Source: Bacteroidales bacterium
GTDB lineage: Bacteria; Bacteroidota; Bacteroidia; Bacteroidales; UBA12077
Direction: 5' to 3'
Assembly: GCA_028282585.1 (NCBI GenBank)
Contig: JANQHR010000046.1
Location: 57,021 to 121,020, forward strand
Length of the DNA stretch: 64,000 nucleotides
Of the stretch, positions 19,901 to 28,900 are shown one piece after another. Position numbers and translations under genes: made by a program. The number at the start of each line of letters is the position of its first letter. The stretch's first letter is position 1. The notes beneath the pieces are model-generated. The model made no database searches, was not told the origin of the DNA, and saw nothing but the letters and a program-made list of their open reading frames with translations.

Positions 19901-22792
19901 ATAATACTTATTGTCCTTTAATGTGAATTCTTTTCCAATCTTTTGAACGTAGGTAATTAATTGCTCTATATTGTTAATTTCTCTTTTTACTACTAAACAT
20001 TTTTTTACATTTTGAAATTTATTGATAGCTAATTCTATCTCCTTAATCTCAATTCTTTGCCCCCTAATTTTAACCTGGTCATCTATACGACCTGCAAATT
20101 CAATATTTCCGTCCGGAAGCCATCTGGCTATATCTCCGGTTTTATATACTATTTTCGTATTATCAAGTATATTTACAAATTTTGCGTTAGTTAACTCCGG
20201 ATCATTTAAATATCCATCTGAAATCCCATCTCCAGTGATACATAGTTCTCCATATACTCCAATTGGCACAATCTGATCGTCCTTTAAAATATAGATTTGC
20301 GTATTTTCAATTGGCTTTCCAATTGGCACTTTGGTCTGATCTTTCTTAATCTGTTCTAATAAAAATTTAGTTGAAGTAATTGTAGTTTCCGTAGGTCCAT
20401 ACAAATTATATAATTTATATTCATTAAAATATTGTGTAGCTAATGCAATATCACATTCTTCTCCACCTACTATTAAGCGTTTAATCTCCTTACAACCATG
20501 TACATCGACACTTTTCAAATATGCAGGTACTGTATCTAAATGAGAAATAGAGTTTTTTATAATATATTTTTTAAACCTAAGAGGATCAAACAAAATTTCC
20601 TTTTCAACTAATACTAAACTAAGGCCATTTAAAATGGGTAATAGAATTTGCTCAATCGAAGCATCAAAGCTTGAATTAGAAAACTGAAGAATACGTTCAT
20701 CTTTTGAAAAACTAAACTCATTGGTTTGACTTAATATTAGGTTTATGATACTATTTTGTTTAACTATTACTCCTTTGGGATTACCTGTGGTACCTGATGT
20801 ATAAATAATGTAAGCATATTTATTTACTAATGGTGCTACATTTTTATAATTACTTGACTTTCCGGCAAGTTCTTTATTTATATGGATACTTTCTATCTCT
20901 AAATCATTAGTAAAATGATACCGATCAGCAATTAATAGAGACATTCCGGTATCTTTGATAATATATGAAACTCTCTTTTTAGGAAGCTCTGGATCAATTG
21001 GTACATAAACAAATCCAGATTTAAAAATTGCTAACATTGATATTACTAATTCGGCTGATCTTTCGACCTTTACACCAATTACACCTTCTTTAACTTTAGT
21101 TTTACTATTAATAATATAAGATAAATTAGCCACTAAAGAATGTAATTTTTTAAATGTAATATATTCGTCATTTAATATCAGGGCAATACGATCCGGATAC
21201 TTTTTACATTCATTTTCAAACAACTGATATATACCTTCCTTTTCATATTCGGTTTGTTTAGAACAATTAAACTCATATAATATCTTGCGCTTTTCTTTTT
21301 TTCCTAACAAATTTATTTGTGATATAAATTTGTTCAAATCCATTAATTGATTTATTATGTTTTTAAAATAACTAATATATCGTTCTATTGTCTTAGGGGT
21401 AAAAAGATTAGTTTTATATTCGATATTAATTAGTATTTGTTCGTTTAAATCAAATACAGTAAATGTAATGTCAAATGGAGCAGTAGTTTGCTCGTGTATA
21501 TATTTATCTTCACTAACAATTTTGGATACTTCTATGTCATAATCCTTTTGATTAAGAACATTCAGCATAACATTAAACAAGGGATTTCTAGTTGTTTCTC
21601 TATGATCTGTAACTTTCTCAACCAGATGTTCAAATTGGTATTCTTTATTATCGAAAGCATTAATTACGTTTATTTTTACTTGTTCAATAAATTCATTTAA
21701 TGAAAATTCATTCGGTATTTTATTCCTTATAGCCAGCGTGTTAATAAAATTCCCTACAACCGTTTCAAAGTCTACATGATCCCTTGTAATAACCGGAGTT
21801 CCGATTACAATATCATTTTGACCGGACAGTTTTGCAAGTAAGATATTAAAAATGGATAACATACTCATAAATAGAGTAATTTCCTTTTCTTGAATTATAT
21901 TCTTAATAATTCCGGTTTCATTTTGATCTAAACTAAAGAAAACTTTTGCTCCGCCTTGAGAGTCTTGAAGATTGTATGAAAAGTCATATGGTAATATTAA
22001 TTCTTCAGGCGCTACATTAAACCTTTTTAACCAATAATTTTCTTGCTTTTTTATTTCTTGTTGGTACTCCGCAGTACTCTGCCATTTCGCGAAATCCTTA
22101 TATTGAATTTTTAAAGGTTTTAATGAATTTTTATTTAAAAGGTTAAAAAAATCATTTATTAAGATATTGTTTGTTACTCCATCGCTTATAATATGATGCA
22201 TATCTATAAAAAGAATAGAGTCCAAATCTTCGATTCTAAATATGGTAGCTCTTAAAAGTGGTGCTTTTGATAAATTAAATGTTACTGTATTTTCCTTTTT
22301 AATATTTTCTACTTCATCAAATGTTATATATTTTTCTTTGACTTCAAACTCTAATTCATTATGAATTAGTTGCACAATTTCGTTATTGATTATTCTAAAA
22401 CTTGTTTTTAAGCTTTCGTGATGTGATATAAGATCTTTAAAAATATCTTCTATATCAGATGTCTTTAATTTACCCGAAACATTAAAAGTTGCAGGCATAT
22501 TCTGTGATGTACTCTCTGAATTAATTTGTTGAATTAAAAACATTCGCTTCTGAGCTGAAGAGACAGGATAGTATTCTCTTTTTTCAACGTTCTTTATATT
22601 AAAATCATTAGCTTTTTCCTTAACATCGTTTAAAAACAAAATGATTTCTCTTTTATGTTTTTTAAGTTCTAAGAGTAAATCATCGGTTAATATATTATCA
22701 CCTTTAATAAATAAATCCAGTTCACCTGATGGAGAAACTGACATATTTATTCCATGTTTTTTAAGTTTTGAAATTATATCTAGTACACTCAT
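13973..22792 (-). CDS. Two-module NRPS: docking-C-A[GNAT insert]-T-C-A[radical SAM/B12 insert]-T
   Basis: C sites HHIISDG and HHIICDG, two A domains and two GGHSL T domains. A1 code about DAEDIGLITK and A2 about DAEHIGEVTK (both Lys/Arg/Orn-like). CPYKCAYC at 16841-16864 lies inside A2. Confidence 0.92.
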   Translation of the reverse strand: MSVLDIISKLKKHGINMSVSPSGELDLFIKGDNILTDDLLLELKKHKREIILFLNDVKEKANDFNIKNVEKREYYPVSSAQKRMFLIQQINSESTSQNMPATFNVSGKLKTSDIEDIFKDLISHHESLKTSFRIINNEIVQLIHNELEFEVKEKYITFDEVENIKKENTVTFNLSKAPLLRATIFRIEDLDSILFIDMHHIISDGVTNNILINDFFNLLNKNSLKPLKIQYKDFAKWQSTAEYQQEIKKQENYWLKRFNVAPEELILPYDFSYNLQDSQGGAKVFFSLDQNETGIIKNIIQEKEITLFMSMLSIFNILLAKLSGQNDIVIGTPVITRDHVDFETVVGNFINTLAIRNKIPNEFSLNEFIEQVKINVINAFDNKEYQFEHLVEKVTDHRETTRNPLFNVMLNVLNQKDYDIEVSKIVSEDKYIHEQTTAPFDITFTVFDLNEQILINIEYKTNLFTPKTIERYISYFKNIINQLMDLNKFISQINLLGKKEKRKILYEFNCSKQTEYEKEGIYQLFENECKKYPDRIALILNDEYITFKKLHSLVANLSYIINSKTKVKEGVIGVKVERSAELVISMLAIFKSGFVYVPIDPELPKKRVSYIIKDTGMSLLIADRYHFTNDLEIESIHINKELAGKSSNYKNVAPLVNKYAYIIYTSGTTGNPKGVIVKQNSIINLILSQTNEFSFSKDERILQFSNSSFDASIEQILLPILNGLSLVLVEKEILFDPLRFKKYIIKNSISHLDTVPAYLKSVDVHGCKEIKRLIVGGEECDIALATQYFNEYKLYNLYGPTETTITSTKFLLEQIKKDQTKVPIGKPIENTQIYILKDDQIVPIGVYGELCITGDGISDGYLNDPELTNAKFVNILDNTKIVYKTGDIARWLPDGNIEFAGRIDDQVKIRGQRIEIKEIELAINKFQNVKKCLVVKREINNIEQLITYVQKIGKEFTLKDNKYYISTVEQCPSLEDSIEQLHASTWPIFLKKDIYLKKYWKRLYKEYSSFQFGILSSNGELVAAGNTIPIYWDKTKNNLPSSWSRALEMGLEPNNNANTLFTLVGVVSEKYRNVGLSYEIIKCMQNIAKTFNYERVLIPVRPALKSKFPLLDLKNYYKKLNDKGDIFDPWFRVHKKMGGEVVRFCENSQYIKATVEDWEKWTGETFSSSDIYIIKGGHTPLKINIDKNIGEYYDTAVWITHKAEGIFDRTNLNDIKEELMLSLPKYMIPDYFVGINKIPITTSGKIDRNRLPEPKIIEEKQNEALSYKERLLANIWAEVLGISQKEISSRKSFFELGGHSLSATVLIANIQKKFGVSISLRDIFENQKIKNQVELITRAKKEDYYSINRTNKKEFYTLSSAQKRLFIIHNMNPESITYNMTQEFRMNSDFKIQRIESIFKKIIKRHEVLRTGFELLNEEPVQKIYENVDFNVQYIDCKDLNRVNIDEIKKDFIKPFKLNSPPLIRGVVVKSENNENLVLLDMHHIICDGISQEILESEFINLYSGIELPELKLQYKDYSDWQNSDKQIKKAKLQESYWLNVLSGELPVLQLPTDYKRPLIQTFDGASVKFLLGEANTNGVRKIAVQQDMTLYMLLLAALKILLSKLSNQNDIIVGTPVAGRRHVDLENIVGNFVNTLAIRSYPDKNKTIKEYLSEIKSSTISAFVNQDYQFENLIEELSVERNAGRNPVFDIMFAWTIAEYVSAEFLPKADLIDHEKGEIKFDMVWNAIDKGSDILVILEYNTNLFAPQTIERIVKYYKRIIEQICIYPDGLISEIDILDEADKKELLYKINNTNRKFSDDKSLINIFEETVVKNQNRTAITLNDQNITYKQLNDSANRLSRYLYEKGIRKNHFVGVMQDRSLNQIISILGVLKSGAAYLPIEPEYPIQRIRNVLNDTQTSILLTDNKSLEDKSFTLLKGDNYAPVEICKSSVRKQIEDLDNHPIPNRSLVDYEKYNQHIGQAMVKNSIVLQCSRGCPYKCAYCHKIWPKGHITRSAEHIFNELMLYYEIGVRRFVIVDDIFNLDIKNSKRFFQLIVDNNLKLQLYFPNGLRGDILTKEYIDLMVAAGTVSFALALETTSKRLQKLIGKNLNVERFKENVEYISSKYPEVILELFTMHGFPGETTAEALDTLNFIKSIKWLHFPYVHILKIYPNTDMEKIALKNGISKDVINRSINLAYHELPETLPFEDEFTLIYQTEFLNNYFLLKERLLKVLPYQMKVLTEDELLQKYRSYLPVKIDTLQEFLEFVNINIEELEDYNFINEDYSYVNNLNEKIKKIFVPEEPANNDALKILLIDLSQFYSNDSDILYDVVEPPLGLMYISTYLKNKLGKQVECKIIKSRVDFDSNLELKRIIKEFEPNVIGTRTLSFYKDFFHKMISLIRLWGYEAPIIAGGPYATSNYDDLLNDTNIDMVCMGEGEVTFYEIVKEIIANNGILPNTESLLKIEGLAIKTDGIPNGVAQRKVIVVDEINLEDYDNENINISSSTEDIVYTIYTSGSSGVPKGVLINNRNVVNLIQSQKDEFKINSTEKICQFSSVCFDASVEQIWLAFFSGANLNLVSKESILNKDEFTRFLLRKNITHLHAVPSFLEGLNESKYYFNRVIAGGDVCRVGLAEKFNKEYDFYNEYGPTETTVTSIEMLVKKINKDYSSLPIGRPIGNTSIYILDEKLNLVPFGTIGDLYIGGEGVGIGYINKVELTNDSFIENPFVKNEKLYKTGDRVRLLNDTNIEFQGREDNQVKIRGFRIELGEIESCILKHQDVEKALVVAINDSFGEKILRAFLVLNNVKLKETLPQIKVLLSQSLPHYMIPSTYKQLEEIPLNQNGKVDRELFKISVHYENKNYVKPEGLIEETLAKVWGNILKIDSDKIGAEDNFFELGGHSLKLNILLSEIFKNFNIRIPANEIFIRPTIKDQAIYIEINNLSDNELIEEEGAEEIRI
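15410..17070 (-). other. Inserted radical SAM plus cobalamin-binding didomain (permuted order) within A domain 2
   Basis: Lies between A2 (LKSGAAYLPI) and A3 (YTSGSSGVPKG). Contains DLDNHPIPNRSL, SRGCPYKCAYC and VDDIFN, then KILLIDLS, EPPLGLMY, IIAGGPYAT and MGEGE. Boundaries approximate. Confidence 0.88.
19190..19915 (-). other. GNAT-fold acyltransferase-like domain inserted between A8 and A9 of A domain 1
   Basis: About 240 aa extra between GRIDDQVKIRGQRIE and LPKYMIP. Contains acyl-CoA-binding-like VSEKYRNVGLS plus IPVRP, DPWFRVHKKMGG and WEKWTG, as in a family of free-standing GNAT proteins. Confidence 0.7.
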
Positions 22793-22907
22793 AACAAACT
22801 ATTTCAACCTTATATTTATTGAATATACCACAACCATTTTAGGCTAGATAAAAACTAAGTAAAATATAAATTATTAATAATTAAAGAATTAAAAATGAAG
22901 TGTTGTT

Positions 22908-24176
22908 TCAACTAATAATATTTTTATTTATAAGCCATCTTTTAATAAAACGTTGGTATTCTTTAGTAAGTTTTGGAAACATTCCTTCAATTCTATTATT
23001 GCTGGTATATGTTATATTATGATCAGCATTTTTGAAAATTTTTACTTCAATGTTTTTAAGATTAAATGACCGTATTTTCTTAATATTTTCTAATGGATTT
23101 ACCAACGTGTCATTGCTTCCCCAAAATACTAAAGCCGGAATATTCATATTTTTCCAAAAAGGATCAAACTTTGTTATTCTACCTTTCCATGCCCAACTAT
23201 CAAATTCATTTTCTGGAATTTTAATATTTTCAAACAAAGCTGTTTCATTCATGAAACCATATATTTTCGCATTATTTTTAATATATGTTTCTACTTCATT
23301 ATGCTTTGCTCCATTAAAAATTAATTTTTCTACATTTTTATGTGACTGTATAACAACATCACAATCTTTTTCCGAGAATCCCTTTTCTTTTATCCTAATG
23401 CTATCTTGATATATTGCAGATTCAGTTAAACTTATAATTTCCGGCGATTTAGCAATCATAAATGATGGAATTTCAGATCTACTACTTATCATAGGTAATA
23501 TAGAAGCTCCTTGACTAAATCCCCAAATTCCTATACGTTCTTTATCCACATCATTCCTGGATCTTAAATATTTCAAACAAGCAATTGCATCATCGATTAA
23601 ATCATTAAATGTTATTGATTTATAATTGCCTGTAGATTTACCATTTCCTCTTTTATCAAAAGTTAAAACAATAAATCCCAGTTTTTTATATATTTTAGCC
23701 TCGCTAATATATTGATTTGCCAAATTTGTATGAGACCCATGTAACATTAATATAGCTGGGCATTTTAGGATTTTCTCAGGTTTTATAATTTGACTAAACA
23801 GTTTATCATTCTTATTGGAAATAAAAATCTCTTCAAAACTGCACTCCTGAAGATAATTTTCATTTACATTTTTATTTACTTCAAATTCAATTTCTAAATC
23901 GGAAGATGAATTATCTGATGATACCTTTCCTAAAATATTATTTTCATTTACTATTCCTTTAAAAACCAATTTAGTATCACCTGGTTGAATATTAAAATGA
24001 ATTATACCATCTTTTAATTCCAAATATTCTATAACCAAACAATTAATTAAGATCTCGTCACAATTAAAATAGCTCTTATTATTATCAATTAATATAGAAA
24101 TATTAACAGAATCAATCTTACTAACCATTTTCCCTTTCCATAACCCATTTATTTGATTTCTTTCTTCAAAGGCCAT
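22908..24176 (-). CDS. Alpha/beta-hydrolase (S9/S15/CocE-like serine hydrolase)
   Basis: LMLHGS, FDKRGNGKS, nucleophile elbow GIWGFSQG, acid GSNDTLV and His in NADHNI. Confidence 0.85.
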   Translation of the reverse strand: MAFEERNQINGLWKGKMVSKIDSVNISILIDNNKSYFNCDEILINCLVIEYLELKDGIIHFNIQPGDTKLVFKGIVNENNILGKVSSDNSSSDLEIEFEVNKNVNENYLQECSFEEIFISNKNDKLFSQIIKPEKILKCPAILMLHGSHTNLANQYISEAKIYKKLGFIVLTFDKRGNGKSTGNYKSITFNDLIDDAIACLKYLRSRNDVDKERIGIWGFSQGASILPMISSRSEIPSFMIAKSPEIISLTESAIYQDSIRIKEKGFSEKDCDVVIQSHKNVEKLIFNGAKHNEVETYIKNNAKIYGFMNETALFENIKIPENEFDSWAWKGRITKFDPFWKNMNIPALVFWGSNDTLVNPLENIKKIRSFNLKNIEVKIFKNADHNITYTSNNRIEGMFPKLTKEYQRFIKRWLINKNIIS

Positions 24177-24216
24177 TCTAATCTTTTTTTCTAATTCTTA
24201 AAGAATTATCCGGATT

Positions 24217-25875
24217 TTAAATACTTAATTCCAATTCAATTTCCAGGTTCTTACATTCATCTATATAACCGTTTTTAAAATCCATAATATTAGGGACTGC
24301 ATTTTTTTGTAAGTCTGACCATCGTTTATCTGCTTCTACTACCTCCTGCAAATAGTAAGGATTTGGAATATTAAGCTTTTTACAATGATTTACAAATCTT
24401 GCTACTCGATTATAAATGTCTTCTCTGGAAGGAGTTGTGTCCAGTTGATAAGTTTTAAATAATAGATATTTATTCATCTCATCCGGATACACCGAATATT
24501 TTTTAAACTGCATATCCCATGCATTAGAAAAAGACTGCCCTGAATTAAAATATCTAAAAGGATTACATTCAACTTCATATAAGTAATCTCGTAATTCTTC
24601 GATTAAATCTAATGTCTGAATAAAATCACTTTCTTGCTCGCCCGGATGTCCGACAATCCAGTAAGTGGAAGTTTTAACACCCGCTTTAGCCAGGTTTATT
24701 ATTGTTGATTTAACTTGATCCATACTAACTTTTTTATCCATCAGATCTAAAACTTTTTGAGACCCGCTTTCAATTCCAAGCCTTGCCCTATAAAAGCCCC
24801 CCTTTCTCCATTGAAATACTTTATTATAATTACATGAGTATTTATCAACTCGTAGGTATGCATCAAAATAAAATACTCCCGTATGTTTTATAAGGCTTTC
24901 TGTTAAATCATTAAGTACAGGATTAATTAATGAATCGGCCATTAAAAATAATTGTGTATTATATTCTTTCTGAATATGTTCAAAATCATTAATAATTACA
25001 TCAATAGACCTTTTTCGGAATTTTCCCCAATTAATTGTTTCTGAGCAAAAACTACACTGAAATGGACAACTTCTTGAAGTATAAACTGGCATATAAGGAT
25101 AAAATCCCAAATCGTTCACACTATAATTCTGAGCAAGTGGCAAATTAATATTAACTCTCTCATTATCTATGTCACTTGACATATATACTCTTTGATCTTT
25201 TTTTAAATTACCATTTAAAATCTTTGTAAAAAGAATTTCACCTTCACCAATAACAATTTTATCAATGTAATCTGTCTCGTTAACGAATTTTTTAAAATTG
25301 GGAGTATCAACAATTAGTTCTTGCGAGAAAACAGGTCCTCCCATAACTGTTTTAATCTCAGGAAATCTAGATTTAACCAATTTAAACGCAAACATTGATG
25401 CCGGAAGCGTTCCTCTAAAAACCGAAAGACCAAATATATCTACCTTTTTATCTATTATACTGATTATAAAATCTTCAAGTTTAATATAAAAGTTTTTTAC
25501 AATTGAATTTAAATCAGTTATTAATTTATCACTAATTTTAAAATAAAAATTACTTTCAATTAATAAACCAACCATATTATTAAACGCATTAAAATTTAAA
25601 CCTTGCCGGTTAAGCTCAAGCATTAAATGATTATTTAGTACATCATTTCCAACGTTATAAACATTACCTAATTTCTGCTTGGGAATCCATTTTTTAATAG
25701 TCTTTATATAATCCTTATAGATATTATCAAATTCTCCTTGAATGTTACAATCAAATATTTCGACCTTATGTCCATCTTTTTCTAAATAGTCTTGTAAACA
25801 TTTCAAACCAAAAGGAGGAACCAATGGAGCCCAGAATGGCATTAATCCAAGTGTTATATTCTTTTTCGTACTCAT
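24217..25875 (-). CDS. Stand-alone cobalamin-dependent (class B) radical SAM enzyme with canonical domain order
   Basis: N-terminal B12 domain (VPPFGL, VMGGP, IGEGE), then SRSCPFQCSFC, GIESGSQKVL and IVGHPGE. Confidence 0.88.
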   Translation of the reverse strand: MSTKKNITLGLMPFWAPLVPPFGLKCLQDYLEKDGHKVEIFDCNIQGEFDNIYKDYIKTIKKWIPKQKLGNVYNVGNDVLNNHLMLELNRQGLNFNAFNNMVGLLIESNFYFKISDKLITDLNSIVKNFYIKLEDFIISIIDKKVDIFGLSVFRGTLPASMFAFKLVKSRFPEIKTVMGGPVFSQELIVDTPNFKKFVNETDYIDKIVIGEGEILFTKILNGNLKKDQRVYMSSDIDNERVNINLPLAQNYSVNDLGFYPYMPVYTSRSCPFQCSFCSETINWGKFRKRSIDVIINDFEHIQKEYNTQLFLMADSLINPVLNDLTESLIKHTGVFYFDAYLRVDKYSCNYNKVFQWRKGGFYRARLGIESGSQKVLDLMDKKVSMDQVKSTIINLAKAGVKTSTYWIVGHPGEQESDFIQTLDLIEELRDYLYEVECNPFRYFNSGQSFSNAWDMQFKKYSVYPDEMNKYLLFKTYQLDTTPSREDIYNRVARFVNHCKKLNIPNPYYLQEVVEADKRWSDLQKNAVPNIMDFKNGYIDECKNLEIELELSI

Positions 25876-25903
25876 TACTAGTTATAATTAAATAGAGAAA
25901 CGA

Positions 25904-28900
25904 TTAGATTGTAATTTTCTTACCAGCTGACATTTCTTCCTCTACCAAACCTACATTCTTAATCATATCGATTAGTACCGCAATTTTTCGAATGGTAGTA
26001 GCAACGAATATATCAGAAATAAGTATTTTAATATCAAAGGTGTTATTTATTTGATTTATAAGAATATTTGCTTTTACGGAATGTCCGCCAAGTTCAAAGA
26101 AATCAGCATCAATACTAATCTTATTATCAGAAATACCTAATATATTGGACCATATTGTAACCAGTTGAGCTTCTAACTCTGTTGTAGGTGGTATATATTC
26201 AATTGTATCTTCAATATTTATCTCTGGCAATGCAGTTTTATCAACCTTTCCATTTTTGTTTAAAGAAATATTTTCAATTTCTTTGAAATACTGAGGAATC
26301 ATGTACTCAGGAATAACATCTTTTAATTCCTCCTTTATATCATTTGAATCTATTTCATAATCTGTAACATAGTAAGCACATAAATATTGCATGTTTAAAT
26401 TATCCGTTTTTACAATTACAATAGCATCTGATATACGATCCAGTGATTTTAAAACAGACTCGATTTCTCCTAATTCAATACGATAACCTCTAATTTTAAC
26501 CTGAAAATCATTTCTACCGATAAATTCTAAACTGCCATTTGGTAACATTCGAGCTAAATCTCCTGTTTTATATAGTTTTTCATTATCAACAAAAGGATTT
26601 TTAATATAACATGTATTAGTTAATATCAGATTATTCAAATAACCTTCCGTTATACATTCTCCACCTATATATAATTCACCAACCATACCTTTTGGTAAAG
26701 GATTTAAATCCTCATTTAAAATGTAAACTTTAGTATTTGGAAATGGATTACCAATTGGAACATTGGTGTTCTTATCTGTTTCAGTATTATATTTATGGAT
26801 AATACACCCTACAGTAGCCTCAGTTGGGCCATACTCATTAAATATTTCTATCCTATTGGCAAATAAATCAATTATATTATGTGCCAATTGTGTTTCTAGT
26901 TGTTCTCCTCCTATTACTATTGTTTTTACTCTACTCTTATTGATTATATCACTCAAACCTTGATTGTCTCTAATAAGCTTTAAATGTGAAGGCGTTAATT
27001 TAATTACATCCACTTTATTATCCGATAGTACTTTCTCAATATCCGCTTCTTCGTAAATTACTAATTTACTACCATTTATCAAAGGAGTAAAAATTGATGT
27101 GATGGTTAAATCAAAAGTCAATGATGTATATAACGGGAAATTAGATTCCTTTTGTTTACAATAAAACTTATTAGCACTCCAAATGTAATTAACCAAGTTC
27201 TTATGATTAACCAAAACTCCTTTGGGATTTCCTGTAGTTCCTGATGTATAAATGCAATAAGCGATATTATACGTAAATCCCTCGGGTAAGTTTTCTTTAT
27301 AGCTTAAAAGCTTTTCGTTATTTAAATTTTCATAAAAATCATTTATCTCAAAAATCTTTATTTTACTATAACTATCCTTATTAAAAGCAATTCCAGGAAT
27401 TTCAATTAACTGCTTTTCTGTAGGGAAACTTCCCTTATTTTCAAGGATTGTTGAAACTACCTGTGCAAAGGTCTTCTCACCTTCTCCAAAAACAACCAAA
27501 TCAACGTTTAAGTTTTTAAGTACTTCATCATAATTACTAGTTGGATAAGGACCTCCTGCGATTAATATCCCTTTATAATATTTCCTAATATTTTCAACTG
27601 TTTCGTTAAAATATAGTTTATAATAAACTAAGGACCTACAACCTACAATATCCGGTTTGAATTCTTCAATTATTTCTTGCAATTCAGAATGACTATCAAA
27701 ATCAACCCGTGATTTTATAATTTTACAATTAACTTTATTATTAAATTCTTTATTAATGTATGTTGCCAGATACATTAAGCCCAATGGAGGCTCAATTACA
27801 TCATAAATATCCTGAGAATCTTTTGAAAAATATAATGATAAATCTATTAAAAGTATTTTAAGTCTATCATTGGATTTAACATCATGTGAAAAATGAGCTT
27901 TAATTTTTGAGTTTAAGTCAATTGTTTTATTACTTTCAGAATTATTCTCATCTAATTCTATTTCATCTTTAAGTCCTATAAAATTCAATAATTCTTCAAA
28001 TGTGCTAATATTAACAGGTAGATAACTGTTATATTTTTGAACTAATTCATCTTTCGTTAATACCTTTAATTGATATGGCAATACTTTTTTAAGTCTCTCT
28101 TTAGAAAGAAAGTATTCATTAAGAAATATTGATTGATACTTTTTTGTAAATGATTCATTAAACGGCAAAGTTAAAGGTAATGCATGATGAGGAAGATGTT
28201 CTGACATTGAAATAGATTTCTCAGAAATACCATTTTCCAATGCCATTTTATGCATATCTGTATTTTTATAAATCTTTAAAATATTGATATAAGGAAAATG
28301 TATCCATTTAATACTTTGAATAAAATTTAATGTCATTAGAGCTTCCTCTTCTGTTTCAGTTGGGAATCCATGCATTGTCATTAGTTCAATAATAACCTGA
28401 GGATAGGTTTTACTAATATATTCAAGATTATCTTTTAATTTTTGTAAATCAATATTTTTATTTATAAGCTTTTGTAATCGTGGAGACGCGGTTTCAAGAG
28501 CTAAAGCAAAATTTACAACACCTGCTTTTACCATCAAATCAATGTACTCTTTAGTTAAGATATCTCCTCTTAATCCGTTAGGGAAAAAAAAGTTTACTTT
28601 TAATCCATTTTCAATAATCAGTTCAAAAAATCGCTTACTGTTTTGAACATTTAAATTAAAAATATCATCAACAAATGAGAATCTTTTAATTCCCATTTTA
28701 TAGTAAAGATTAACTTCTTCGAATATATTATCAGCAGATCTAAATACATGCTTTTTAGACCAAACTTTATGACAATATGCACATTTAAAAGGACAACCTC
28801 TGGTTGCTTGAATTGAAATGCTATTTTTCACCATAGCTTGTCCTATATATTGAGTATAATAGTTATAATCAACTAAAGAACGGTTAGGCATAGGTAAAGA

